The notes below the pieces were generated by a model, which searched no databases, was not told the origin of the DNA, and saw nothing but the letters and a program-made list of their open reading frames with translations. A DNA stretch of 63,374 bases, filler included, from Trichomonas gallinae (Eukaryota): the NCBI GenBank assembly GCA_008369845.1. It is 7 parts of 7 records of this genome, joined end to end, with 100 filler letters (N's around TTAATTAATTAA, not from the genome) between each part and the next. Parts side by side here need not be neighbours in the genome. Positions count along the whole stretch, not along the records: positions 8,957 to 14,088 come from MRSU01000842.1; positions 14,189 to 31,408 come from MRSU01000845.1; 5 more parts are not named here. The stretch is one strand, 5' to 3'. The translations under genes and the position numbers were made by a program. Positions 10,455-23,600 of this stretch are shown here, one piece after another. Each line of letters starts with the position of its first letter. Within the stretch, counting starts at the first letter, position 1.

Positions 10455-11049
10455 TGCAGATATATACTATTATATTACGCAATCTTATCCAAAACAATTT
10501 GATTTAGAAGCATTCGCGACATTTATTTTTTTCAAATTTTATTTTTCAAGTTTCAATATCATTGACGTTAATATATACTGATATACAAGAAATTTTGCAA
10601 TATTTATCTAGTTTCACCTTTGCATTCATGCTTTTTTTGGAAATATTGAAATTTTTCATTTAACTATCACAGGTTAACATAAATATAACATATCCATCGG
10701 GAGTATTTAAATATCTCTAAATTCTTTTGACTCATAACTGATTTTTTACTTATCATCATATTTGAAATATGCTTGAAAATGTAATTTAACATTTCATTTG
10801 CATTGATATTATCACAATCATCTATTTTCTATATGAGAATACGTCTTTTTTAAAGAAATACAAACTGAAATCTAATTTTTGATGCGCTTTGGATCCTTTT
10901 GGGATATGTTGTAAAATAACTAAAGGCTAATAATGCAAATTATAAACCGTAAGTTGAATAAAAATGTTGATTTAATATTTCAAAATAAAAACTTAAAGCA
11001 CTTTAGATAAAAATTATTGGTCAAACCATATATTTTCAATTGATAATAA

Positions 11050-11715
11050 TTAAACCATCATTGGGCCACATCCAAGGGATAGGCCTGGTAATGGCTTGCG
11101 GTTCAATAAATTGGAAACTTCCCAAATTGCAGGTAACGAATTCGGCCTTTCTTGAACCGGTGGGCACTCCGAATCGGAATGCTTGACATTATCCTCGGCG
11201 AATTGGAAATTCAATATTGCCGGGAAATTCGAAATGGCGTTTGTAGGGTCTACAAGTCTTCTAACGCACCATTGCCTTGGGTTAATGAATGCATTATCAA
11301 AGTTTGTTCCAATCTGTGAAAAAATCGTCTGGAAATCCTGAATCGGGCGTGAAATGGCGTATCCTAGCTTCTGGAAGCAGCCATTCATGCACGACTTTGA
11401 GCGGCACATCAAATGTTTCAGGCGGGATGTGTTAATTAATAGTGAGTCAACGCCAAATTCGATACCGCAAAGCAATCCTCTGTAAGTATCATGTGTATCA
11501 CCTTTGTAGATGAATCTATGGATAAGAGAAATATGCTTAGCGAATGTCGAGAGGCCGAGGTTCCGCTTGTTCCTGTCGTCCGAGTATTGAAAATACTGTA
11601 CAAGTCTCATATACTCAATCTGGTCCGGGTAGGAAAGCCTTATCAGGAAAGGATCCGTGCCAGTGATCCTAGGAGGTGGTAAGGCCGACGACGAAGAACA
11701 TCCATCCTGATACAT
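11050..11715 (-). CDS. Initiator-binding domain (IBD, IBP39-family) protein
   Basis: RNKRN...F...RGLLCGIEF...LLINTSRLKHLMCRSKSCMNGCFQKLGY...RQWCVR, the parabasalid IBD signature. Confidence 0.9.
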   Translation of the reverse strand: MYQDGCSSSSALPPPRITGTDPFLIRLSYPDQIEYMRLVQYFQYSDDRNKRNLGLSTFAKHISLIHRFIYKGDTHDTYRGLLCGIEFGVDSLLINTSRLKHLMCRSKSCMNGCFQKLGYAISRPIQDFQTIFSQIGTNFDNAFINPRQWCVRRLVDPTNAISNFPAILNFQFAEDNVKHSDSECPPVQERPNSLPAIWEVSNLLNRKPLPGLSLGCGPMMV

Positions 11716-13402
11716 TTTACAGAAAAAAGCACTTTTTTAGATAATGTCCAAATTTTCGTATTTTTGATATATAACATTATTAAATATGATTATTTTTTTG
11801 CAAAGTCATCGTTTTTATTTTTGAATAGTTTACAAAATCTAATTTATTTCAAAAAGTAGTTGGAGAAATGTTTGCATTTAGCGTAGATCGTGCTTTAAAT
11901 CGCAATATACACTTTTTCATTTTATGACTGTTCGACCAATCAGTCAAATTTTTCGTTCGATCAATTGATAAAAAAGTCTCCTAAAAGATAATTAAAGCGA
12001 AATCATAAAAGAGTGAAGTGATCCACCTTTGGAGAAAAATTTCTTTTAAAATTGAACATTGCTAAAAATACAATCAAATGATCATATTAATGTTAACCAT
12101 TAAATTATCCGAGACTTTTGAGGATAGTTATTAAAATTGAGTATATACGATTATTTCCCGCTTGAAGAAGAACCCAATTTATCTTAAATTCGTTTATTTA
12201 CTGCAAAGAGAAATTTTTATCATTTACTCTCATAAAAGTTGCATGAAAAATAAAATCGTTCGAAAGCGTGATAAAATTAATCAATGCAATAGCCCAATTA
12301 CGAAAATAGTTATAGAACCGAGTACTCTCATTATTAAAAATTCAATAAATTACAAATTAACAGAAATTTTTTCTGAACATAATAAGTTACTCAAATCGTA
12401 TGCTTTATCCTATTCACAGAGTTTTATACTCGATTTACGAATTAAAATAATTTTCGAACCTGTCACTTTTGTTTCTTTTCTGTAAGACTATACGTAATTC
12501 GTGAACTTGTAAATCTCTAATATTCATCGTTACATCCTTGATGTAAAATGGATGCTACTAGTACTCATAAAGCTAATTCATTCCAAATATCGTTTCTATT
12601 ATTTTTTTTCTATTTAATTCATTTTCGTGTGTTGATACTTTTGTATTCGCAAATAATAAAGTTATTCCAGTCATTTTTTAAAATATTTTGTGTTTTTTGT
12701 TTTTCTAATTAAGACTAATAATGTAGAATTTATATCGCACTGAAAATATTACATTCAAAACTAATCAACCTAATGAGGCATTAAATACTTAATTTTTTCA
12801 TATTTCAAATTCAGGTTTGCAGATTCACATTGTTAGTTTCATTCTTTCGATTTCATTACATCATGTGAAAATCAAGATATATTTCATTTTCAAAATTTCA
12901 ATCTCATAATTTTTTTTCGTTTGTGTCAAGATATTACTGTAATGTCACTTTGTTGCAATGATCATATACATATATAGCTTTGTTTGTCGATAATTTGTAA
13001 TGAAATTTTCAAAATGATAAAAAATTTGAAGGTATTCAATATTGATTACATCCAAATAATTTATAATCTCGAAAATCGTATGTATTTGTCTTAATTCGAT
13101 GAATTATGCTTGAAATTAGGAATCGATCTATTTGTTAGTACTCGTTGTTATTGTTTAGCATTCTAAAGAGATAAACAATTTCATATAAAATACATGTAAA
13201 CTGTTCGGCTCTTTAGCCTGCCAAGCAATTCAATTTCGCGATGAATTAGTTGGTAGGATGCAAAAGCATCCAAGTGTTATGTTGGTTGTTGTGCAGTTAG
13301 TCTAGGAGTAGGTAATGGTGGAAGCTCATTGGCATTGTCATATTCCGTAGAATAAGGTTAATGAGTGTTACCTTTATACATAATAATCAACAATAAAGCT
13401 AC

Positions 13403-13942
13403 TTAAAAGACGGCTGAAAATGGATCATCCAATGCATCAAGATCTCCAAATTCAAAGATATTTTCAAATAAAGACTGATTAATTACAGGAACCTGCGCCT
13501 GAACCACGCTTGGCTGAACCTGAGGAAGGGTTGGTGGTGGAGTTGGAATGAACTCAGGAACGACGGTAACCTTGTCATTCTCGAGTTTCCTTTTCAGGAC
13601 ATTCCATCTGTTCTTGATCTGTGTATCTGTACGACCGCTGAAATGCTTAGCAATCTTGACCCAATGCTGGCCGTATTTCTTCTCAAGTTGGATAAGCTTG
13701 TTATCTTCTTCCTCAGTGAAAGGACCGCGATTGAGCTTCGGGGATAGATAGTAGAACCATCTATCATGGCACTGACGGGAGTTCTTGGTTCTAAGTACTC
13801 TTGCAATTGTTGACCAATCCTGTTCTCCATACTTCCTAACTAGCATTTGTAGTGTGGCATCCTCTTGTATCGTGAATTTGTTCTTTATACGCTTGTTCTG
13901 TACGTTCTGTGTCATCATGGCGTTCATCTCTTGGATTGACAT
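13403..13942 (-). CDS. R2R3 Myb transcription factor
   Basis: KFTIQEDATL...DWSTIA...RQCHDRWFYYLSP...FTEEED...WVKIAKHFSGRTDTQIKNRW. Confidence 0.95.
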   Translation of the reverse strand: MSIQEMNAMMTQNVQNKRIKNKFTIQEDATLQMLVRKYGEQDWSTIARVLRTKNSRQCHDRWFYYLSPKLNRGPFTEEEDNKLIQLEKKYGQHWVKIAKHFSGRTDTQIKNRWNVLKRKLENDKVTVVPEFIPTPPPTLPQVQPSVVQAQVPVINQSLFENIFEFGDLDALDDPFSAVF

Positions 13943-14010
13943 TAATAAAAATGGTAAATAATCTTACGAATTTTCTTTATTGAAAAAATTCTATTTCAAA
14001 TCTTTTGTGT

Positions 14011-14264
14011 TACCGAGGGCACAATAGCCAAGGTACAATTGAATAGCCTTAGAACAACTTTCTGAGTGCTTTCAAATTTGTTTATGTANNNNNNNNNNNN
14101 NNNNNNNNNNNNNNNNNNNNNNNNNNNNNNNNTTAATTAATTAANNNNNNNNNNNNNNNNNNNNNNNNNNNNNNNNNNNNNNNNNNNNTATTCATCGAGA
14201 AATTAACAAAATACGTATTTTTGGGTACCAAAAAAATTTGGGAAAAAATTGGAAACGTACGGTA
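14011..14264. mobile_element. Probable DNA-transposon ends flanking a gap (TA-CCG ... CGG-TA)
   Basis: TACCG at 14011 and CGGTA ending at 14264, each about 76-78 bp from the contig edge. The inverted match is only TTACCG/CGGTAA, so these may be two different elements. Confidence 0.35.
14089..14188. other. Assembly gap spacer
   Basis: N44-TTAATTAATTAA-N44. Confidence 0.99.
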
Positions 14265-14658
14265 ATTAATTATTTCTTATTTCTTATATACATCAAATGA
14301 AGATCAATTGATGAATCCATTGTCATATGGTTAGTCCCTCTTGTTTTCGTTATTCCATGAATTCTTCACCAGCTAATGTGCTCCATTCAGATCAACATGC
14401 TATCATTTTAATATGCACCAAAAAGTTAGAATCAATGTAACAAGAATTGAAGATGCATCTTTCTGAGTTAACTCATTTTCATCACATACTAAATCAAAAG
14501 CATTTACTATAATTATTAATCTCTATTGATATAGGATTTCATATGCATACGAATTTCTATATGCCTTTTTTCCCAGAAAAACAGAAAACAATGCTATGAA
14601 ACTATGATATATAAATTTAAAAACGAAATATTATTCATAAAAATACAAACAAATTTAG

Positions 14659-17600
14659 TTATACACGTTTCTTATGCTTCTCTCTTGATGAGATCTCAAG
14701 AGATGGAGCAGGAATAGGAGTACTGATTGGTGTGAGTGCAAGATTTGGGGCTGGCCTTACCATCTTCACTCGTTTAATCTCTAATGCTGGTGCTTCAAAT
14801 TTATGGGTGTTTGGAGGAGTAGAAAGAGTTGGTGCTGGTTTCTTGGTTGATGAGAAAGGCGTCGAAAGACTTGGAGCTTCTTTCTTTGATGAGTTTATTG
14901 GTGTCATCATAAGAGTTGGTGCAATTTTCTCTTTCTGTACTGCTAGTTCTGGCGCCTGAATTTTCACAGGAGTTTCTTGCAATTCAGGTGCTTTAACTGT
15001 TCTCTTCTTCTTGTGATGTACTTCAATTGTAGGAGCTTCTTGAATTGGAGTTTCTTCTTCTTTCTTCTTCCTCCGTCTGTGCTTATTCTTTGCTTCATTT
15101 TTGATTTCGTTATATTCTTCGATTGCTTGTTCTGTTGCATTTGGAATCAAGTTCTCTTGGAGCTCGTTGACACTTGAAAAATCTCCTGGTGAACTGATCT
15201 TGCTTTTATCATCTTCGAATGAGCTTCCTTCAACACTGATTGCCGTATCTGTGATAATTAAATCATTGGCATTTTCTGCTAATGGTGAATAAACATTAGC
15301 GACAATTTGTTCCGTGTCAACTGTTGGAGAAAACTCAAGCATCTTCGGATCTTCGACAAATTCTGGAGATTTCTCAACAATAATTTGATCATCAACAATG
15401 ATTTCTGTGTTGATATCATGATATTGTGATTGATCAAGGAAATGTTCGGACTCGAATGAAGGATCTTCTTTGATGCCTTCATCTTGAATTTGAACTTTGA
15501 TTTCTTCTTGTGATATTTCTTTGTCTTTTGTAATTGAGTCATCATCAATAATGATATTGTTATTATCTGGTGACAAAATGACAGGATTTTGAACAAATTG
15601 AAGTGTTTCATCTTCATTTATTGGCTCTGCAATGTAAATTGAAGTTTCTTTGATAACAAATGCATCATTATCGTTTTCTGCTTTGATGTCGAATTTTGTG
15701 GTAATATTCATGCTTTCTGGTGATGATTTATTTGCATACAATTCTGTAATATTATTTGAGTTAAATGAATGAAATCGATGAGTTGAATCAATGAAATTAC
15801 TGTTTGCAGTATTGAACAATGCAAGCTTATCAATCATCTCTTCATCCATTTGATACTTTTCGAATTTGTCGTCCAAATTATATTCATCGAAATCTGCATC
15901 GATTTCATGTGTTTTAGCTCTTCTAACAGAACCAAATCTGGTGAGTTCATGCATTTCTGGTTCTTCGGCAGTAATTGGTTTGCAAAGAATTTTATCAACA
16001 AGATTAGATTCAGCAGATGTCAGAGAATTAATAAATGGATCAAAGTATGAAGAATTATTTTGCGCAATAAAACCATCGCAATAAGCTGTTTGATCCAATA
16101 TCATATCATTCGATTTGCCAAACAATTCTGTTGAAGATGAATCAGTGTTTGTTGACACTTCTATAGAACTTTCATCTTTGTTGTAGTTACTCTTGCGTTG
16201 ATTAATGATTTCAGCATTATTTCTAAACAATAGATGAGATTCATCTCTGAATTCATTGTTGTTGATATGTCCAATAGTGAATTTGTTTTTAACTTCGTTA
16301 TCGTCGACATTGTTGATGTATGATCCAATTTTCGCATTGTCGACAACTTCTGGCATCAAATAAGTGATATTAACTTCATCATTATTGCTGTTGTTGATCG
16401 ATTCATCAGCATTAAGAAGCGAGAAGTCTTGAACAACCGATGTTTTTTGGATATTCAAATCAACTTCGCTGCTGAATTCATCGTAATTCATTCCACTCAT
16501 TTCTTCTTTAATTGATTCGTATGATAGCATTTCTTGACTGATTGTGAAATTATTATCACTAAGAAGAATCTTCTGTTCATTGTTGTTCTTTTCAATGATG
16601 CTGCAGTTGTCTAAAACATTGTTTTCTTGTTCGTTGATTTCTGCTGATTTTTCTTCAACATTAAATTCAACATTTGAGACTTCGTCTTCATCATCTGTAA
16701 TGTAATCACTATCATGATATATTGCGTTAATTAGTTTATCATTGATATCATTATGTTCTGCATTCAAGGATGTTACATCGCGAATTGAAATTCCACTGAA
16801 ATTGATATTTTGAATAACTGATGAAAATTCTGGAATTTGAGCGACGAATTTGCAATTATCTGTTGATACGCATGAAACATCATTATTTGTTAATCTGGAA
16901 TGAGCATCTAATTCTGTCATATTCATTGAGTTTGTTGAAGGATCGATGAAATATTGATGCTTTTGAACTCTTTCTGTCTTGTCTTCATCAATCATATCGA
17001 TTTCTGTGAATTCATCTTCGCTGATGCTTTCGAAGCTGTACACACTTGAATACAGCAATCTTTCGTCGTTTTGTAGTGGCCTCATCAATGATGTCATGTT
17101 TGGATTGCTGTAATTTATCGATGAATCCAATTCCATCTGTTCTTGCGAAATATGCTCGAACTGATCTATTAATTGGATCTGCTCAGTGTCGACTAAATCG
17201 AATTTATCAGCTGCGAAGCCTTCAACAATTAAAATCGACTGAGCATCAGGCAAACATGTGATATCATTGCAAACATCCATCGAATCGAATGATGTTGTAA
17301 TGATGAATGCATCATCATCTGGTTCATATCTCATACTTTCTGGAATGTACTCGATATTTCTTTGTTCTGTTTCATCTTCGTAATCAAAGTCTATGCCACG
17401 TGAATTTGCTGATACTACTGATCTCTTGTATGACAATTCATGAATCTCGTAATCAGTATTGATACCGATGTTTCTAATTGATGAATCAACAAACTCTGTA
17501 ATTGTTGGACATGTAAATCCGGAAGATAAATCAGCAAATTCATAAACATCGTGATTTGCTTTAATTGCTGTATTATTATCATAAGATGATTCATTATCGA

Positions 17601-20600
17601 ATTGATTTGACTTAAGATGCGGCTTTGCAATCGATCTACTTCGAGATGTTCCAAGAATGTCTTCTTGCTTGACGACAATTCCCTTATATGGATCAGTAAT
17701 ATCTGTAGATACGTCATCAAATTGATTTTCTTGTTTAGAAATATTTTCGTTAATATGAGGCCTGGCAACTGATCTATTTCTATTTGTTCCGACGATGTTT
17801 TCTTGATTAATAACAATCCCTTTATATGGATCTGTAATGTTATCAATTCTGTGGACAAGGAATGTATCAGGATTGAGGATTTCTTCGTTGTCTGCTAAAA
17901 GATCTTGTTTAATTGGATTCGAAAGTTCGTTAATTCCATGGTGAGTATCTGGATCGATTGCACATCCAAATATATTAGTAAACGATTGTTTCTCGGTTCC
18001 AATTTTGAATTCAGCTTCTTCAACTTCTTCATCTAAACTAAAAACGATCTGAGAAATATCGAGTAAATTCTCATTAGATGTTAAATTAGAGCTAATGAGA
18101 TCATTTTGTTGTGGATTCTGGATGCTTGAATTACGAATTGCGTTTTCTACAAGCATCAATGTGAATGGGTCGTCCAAAACAAAAACTTCTCTCTGCGATT
18201 CAGATGTAATTAGTGGATATGCTGCTGCATTTAATTCATCATGAATGATATCGTGTGATAGTTCTTGGCTCATTTCAGAAATATTTGTTGTTCCTTTTTC
18301 ATTTATTTCAGAACTGTCTTTGATGATTGTTTCTAAGTGTTGCCGAGAAATTGGATCAATCATGCATTTAACATCTTGAGAAGAATGATGATCGATTTCT
18401 TCTGATTTTGTCATCAAATTATGCGTATCAGAGGCAATAAATGGAACAATATGTCTTCGAGAATCATTTGAAAAATCATCTAATTTGAAAATAAACAAAT
18501 CACTGTCTTTGATTTCTTTGGTATTTTCATCAGATGATGTATTAATTGTCTCAAATGATTTCTCTAAATCTTCGATGTTTTCGTTTGAAGTCATGACACC
18601 TGAAGATAGTAATTCATCAATACTAATATTATCGAATACTTCATCGCTTTTAGCGTCATAAATCTGTGAAAACTCTTGTGATGCAGTTTTATCTTCGAAG
18701 TTTTCATCAATTCCAGAAGTTAATGGATTCAACTGCAATAATATTTCGTTTGCAGCTTTCATTGAAGATTGATCTTGCATGGAATGAATTTCATTAAATG
18801 TCTCTGGATCAACAATGATTTCATTATCAACATCATCGACATTTAATAAACCAAGAATGCTTCTAGAAACTATTGGTGGAAGTTCATGGATCACACAATC
18901 TGAATCTGAAGCAATAAATTGTGTGCAATAATCAACTAATTCTTCAGAAATGAATGAGCCGAACATGTCTGAGTTAATATTGCTAATTTCATTCATTTCA
19001 TTTTGATATTCTGGATCAATAAATGCTCTTGAAGTAGCTTCATTATCATCGATATCAATTGTGCTTGTATCTTTTGGAACTTCTTTTCCATCAATGCTGA
19101 GAGATTGTTGTTTAATTCTTGATGCAATTTGCTCTGATATTGGATCTGATAAAGCAATGATATTATTATTTGTATCAGCATCAGTAAATGATGAGTTTGT
19201 GCTGCTATTAGTGATTTCATTCATTTGATTCTGTGTTTCTGGGTCAATAAAGGCTTCATTATCACGATTAATAGCAGATTTTTCTTTGATTTCCTTGTTT
19301 TTATCGAAAATTTCATTGCTATCATCCTTTGAAACTGAACTTTCATTCAAATTGAATAACTCAGGATTTTGTTTAATTCTAGATGCAATTTTCACTGATA
19401 TTGGATCTGATAAAGCAGTGATATTTTCAGATTCATCGTCTGAAATGAATAACTCATGTGGACTTGTATTGTAATTATTGATTTCTTTCATTTGATTCTG
19501 TGTATCGGGATCAATAAAGGCTGCATAATTTTCAACTTCTTTATTAACATTTTCATTGAGAGTCTCCATGCCGTTGTCATTTGAAACCTTATTTTCATCC
19601 ATGTTGAGAGTTTCTTGTTCAATTCTAGATGCGATTTGCTCTGATATTGGATCTGATAAAGCAATAATTTGGCCGGATCCATCAGCAGCAATAAATGGAT
19701 TTTCGATCTTTTCTGCTGTTCCAATGATATCGAGTGCTTTTTGCTCAGAAACCGGATCCTTCATAGAACTAATTCCTTCAGTTGTTTCTTGGGCTACAAT
19801 GATATCATCCAGGTTTTCATTATCTAAGATGTTGATGTCCCTAGAAAGCAGTTTAGCAGCAATAACTCTCGAATGATCATCATAGCATTCTTTGACAATT
19901 TCATTGTGTTTTACCTCAAATTTGGAATCATCCGCAAGATCATCAGGATCAATTTTGTATAATGAATCATTGAGCGTTGATCCAACCATTTTCTCTTGTG
20001 AATCTGTAGCAGCAATGAAGAACTTTTCTTTCTTTGATTTATTGTTAGAAAGATGATTAATTTCTTGATCATTAATGAGTTCTTTGCCATCAAAGTAAAT
20101 ATTTTGGTCTTTGACTGCATTTTCTGAATATAGATCATTAAGCTCGTCGACATCGTCGTATGTTCCAGTTGCCATAAATGGAACTGCAACGCTGCTTTCA
20201 TTTACTTTCATTGATGAACCATTTCTAGTAATTGTATCATCATTTTCACGAGACAAATCATTTGTAGCAAGTTTATCTTGACTATTGAATTGATTATCTT
20301 CGTTGAATTTGAGGTTTTCATCTGATATTATAAGTTGCATTGCCATGTTTTGAGAAACTGGATCAACTAAAGATTTCATGCTTTCTGTTTCAGAAGTTTG
20401 AACAACGATAAAGTTTAGTACTGAAGAATCTGAATTTCCTAAAGTGGAAACAGATTTAATGCCGCCGTTGATGAATAAATTAACTGAATTATCTCTGATA
20501 TGAACTAGAGAATCTGGTGAAATTAGTTTATTAACGGAATTTTCTGTTTCCCCAATAATCATAAGATTATTTCTAGCAACATTTTCTGAGTAAATGTCTT

Positions 20601-23600
20601 TAAGCTCATCAAGCTCAAATTGATTTAATTCTGACGACTTCAATCCAGAAAGGTTTTGCGATCTAGATGTGATGTCTTCAGCAACAATAGACGAATCAAT
20701 TAATAAGGATTTGCTAGTAATTCTGTTAATGGAATCAGTCTGAATATCATGAACATTTTGGGAAAGACTTGAATAATTATTGCTCATGAAATCTGTACTC
20801 TCTTGTAAAGATTTTGTATCCATTAACTGCGAAGAAATAACCATATGAATAGACTCGCAGTCAATAAATGGCCTAACAGCACTGTTTGATGCATCATTAA
20901 GATTATTTATTGGATTTTCGATTTGAATAATTTCTTTTGTATTCATATTTGTAACTGCTTGTAGTGAATCTAAGTTTTCTTTATCAACAAGCAACCTTGA
21001 TTGAACATCATCAAGACAATGCAAATTATTAGAGTCGCTTTCAATCGAATTGTTGGAGAAGTTGTTTTCGTTTGAAACTAGTATATTTGATTCTTTTTCG
21101 AGAATGCTGAATTTCTCATTGAACAGATCAGATTGAGCAACAATGTCAATATTATCTGCTGCAAAAGATTTTGTTTCATTATCAACAATATTAAAGTCAT
21201 CATGATCTTGAGAAACTGAAACAATTTCATTTTGATGTGATAAGTTGCTGAAATAGTTGTCGCTGTTTGCTGCATTCATGATTGTAGTCTCACACATCAA
21301 ATCTTCATTAGAATGAGATAAGAGTGATTCACTAACATTGATTTGGCTTGCATCATTAAAGCTGCTCTTAAGTTCATTGAACACTGATTTTTCATTGAAT
21401 CCCATAATGTTATAATTATATCTTTGAGAAACATCACAATTTCTTTCTATGAGCTCTGATGATTCATCGATTTCTTTTTGTTTATCATCAATTGAAACAG
21501 TTTCGGTGAAACTCTTGGTGAACTCATAAGAAATTGGAACAGTAAATTGACTATCGATTTCATTACAAACTAATCCATTGTCTCCATCAAATTTAATTGG
21601 ATCTGACTGAATAATAGCAAATTCATCATCATGAAACATGTCTTTGCTGGAAATTTCTTCATTAATAATAACAGAAACAAACTCTGGATTATTGAACTGA
21701 TCTTTCTTAGTAATACCATTCTGAGATTTAGCATCATAAACTGAAGTGAATTCGCCAAAATCTCTTAAGTTTGATTCGTTAAAGTCATTTAATTTTGTTG
21801 CAAAAATTCCTTCCTCTTTCAAATTAAAATCATTTTGAATTTGACTGTTAATTATTGATTTGTTTTGTTTATTTTCTTGAGCTGATTCGAGATATTGATT
21901 GATAGTTTTTAATGATGAGTCAGCAAAGTTGTCGGCCATATTCGAAATTTCGTTTTGATATATGAGATTAATCGAATCGAATATACTTTCATCATTTTTG
22001 AGTTGTTGAATATTTTGATCAATTATTGATGATTTAATGTTTTGTGTTTCATGACTAATATTGAGTCTATCTGTGGAAAACATTGGATCATTTGCAAAAT
22101 CAATGTTAAAGTCTGAATAATTTGCAGAAAAAGTGTTATTTTCGCACATTTTGTCAATAATTTCTGCTGAACTTGAAATCGCAGCAAAATCTGATTCTGG
22201 AAGAAGTTTCAAGACCATTCCTGTTGTTTCGAATATTGGGGAGATGTCTGTCTTTTTGATATCTCCGTGGATGTGGCTGTTGTCGTATCCGTCGTTATTC
22301 AAGTCTTTTTCTTCCTGCATGGCGAATAAACTTGTTGGTGCCAATTCTTGGAAATTATCAGGAGTAACCATTTCTTTTTCGTCATCATCGGTTTCTTTAA
22401 CTATTTCTTTCTTCTTTAATGGTGCTAATTCATGAAAAACATGCTCTTGTTCCTGAAGATTAAAATTGGGAATCAAAATATCTGACTCATTGAAAAATGA
22501 GATATCAAACATAGATATTTTGTTGTTGTTTATGACATTTGTTGATTCTATTAAGGATTTTTCATTAATAATGAATGGAGATTGAAATTTATTAAGATTT
22601 AAGTCTGTAAATGATTTATCTGGTACATATTCGAAATTTCTTGAGTGTTTTATATTGAATTGTGGCTGAAATTCTTCATCAGCAACAATATTATTAATTT
22701 TTGAAAAATTATCAGTAATGTATTCTTTCGGAGTTTCGATTGTGCTGTATGCAACAAATTCTTCTGTATTTTCTGCGATGAGTTGAGAATTTTCTTGAAA
22801 ATTAGATTGAATAATATTAAATTGAGAATAATTTTGATTTTCACTTGGTAATACATCATTAACGCTCATGTTGAGGTCATTGCTGAATTCTAAATTGTTG
22901 ATTTCGTTAATATCATCATCGACAATTTTATTTTCTGTTTGTAATTTCGAATTTGAGTCTGAAAGCGTTGAATTTGAGTCGATTTCTCTTGATTTTGACT
23001 TTTCTGGCGAAGATTTTTTCTTTCGTAATTTTTTCTTTTTCTTTGGCGGCGACTTCTTGTTTTTCTTGGCTGGCGGGGATAATTGTATGTTTGAGAGGTC
23101 GAATTTAACTTCTTTTGATTTAGGAGACAATATTGAAGAAGAATCATCGAAAAAAGATGTGATTTCGGAAGCTTCTGGAATATTTATTTGTGGCTCTGAT
23201 TTAGTTTCTGGAGATATTGGTGATTTCGGTATCAATCTCAGTTTCTTTGGCGCTTTTGTTGTTTTAGATTTTTTAACTTCATCATGGCTCATTAATCGAG
23301 GCCTGGGTAAATTCGGAGGTGGTTTCTTCACAGTTTTTGTTTCTTTTGGCGGCGAGTTTTTAGTAGGAGAGTTAAGAGGAGTTGGATGAGGCGAATGTTT
23401 CGGAGAAGATGAATGTAATTGAAAAAATGGATCAGTCATAGACTTTTCCAGTGAATTTTCAAGTATGAAGCCTCTTTCTCGCAGTTTATCCTTTAAAACA
23501 GATTCATCGCCTTTTTGTTCGATTTTTCGATTGAAAAACTCCGATTGTGTGTAGTTTTTGCTTAAAGGGAGCAGTTTTGCGAACACTTGCGAATCCAAAG

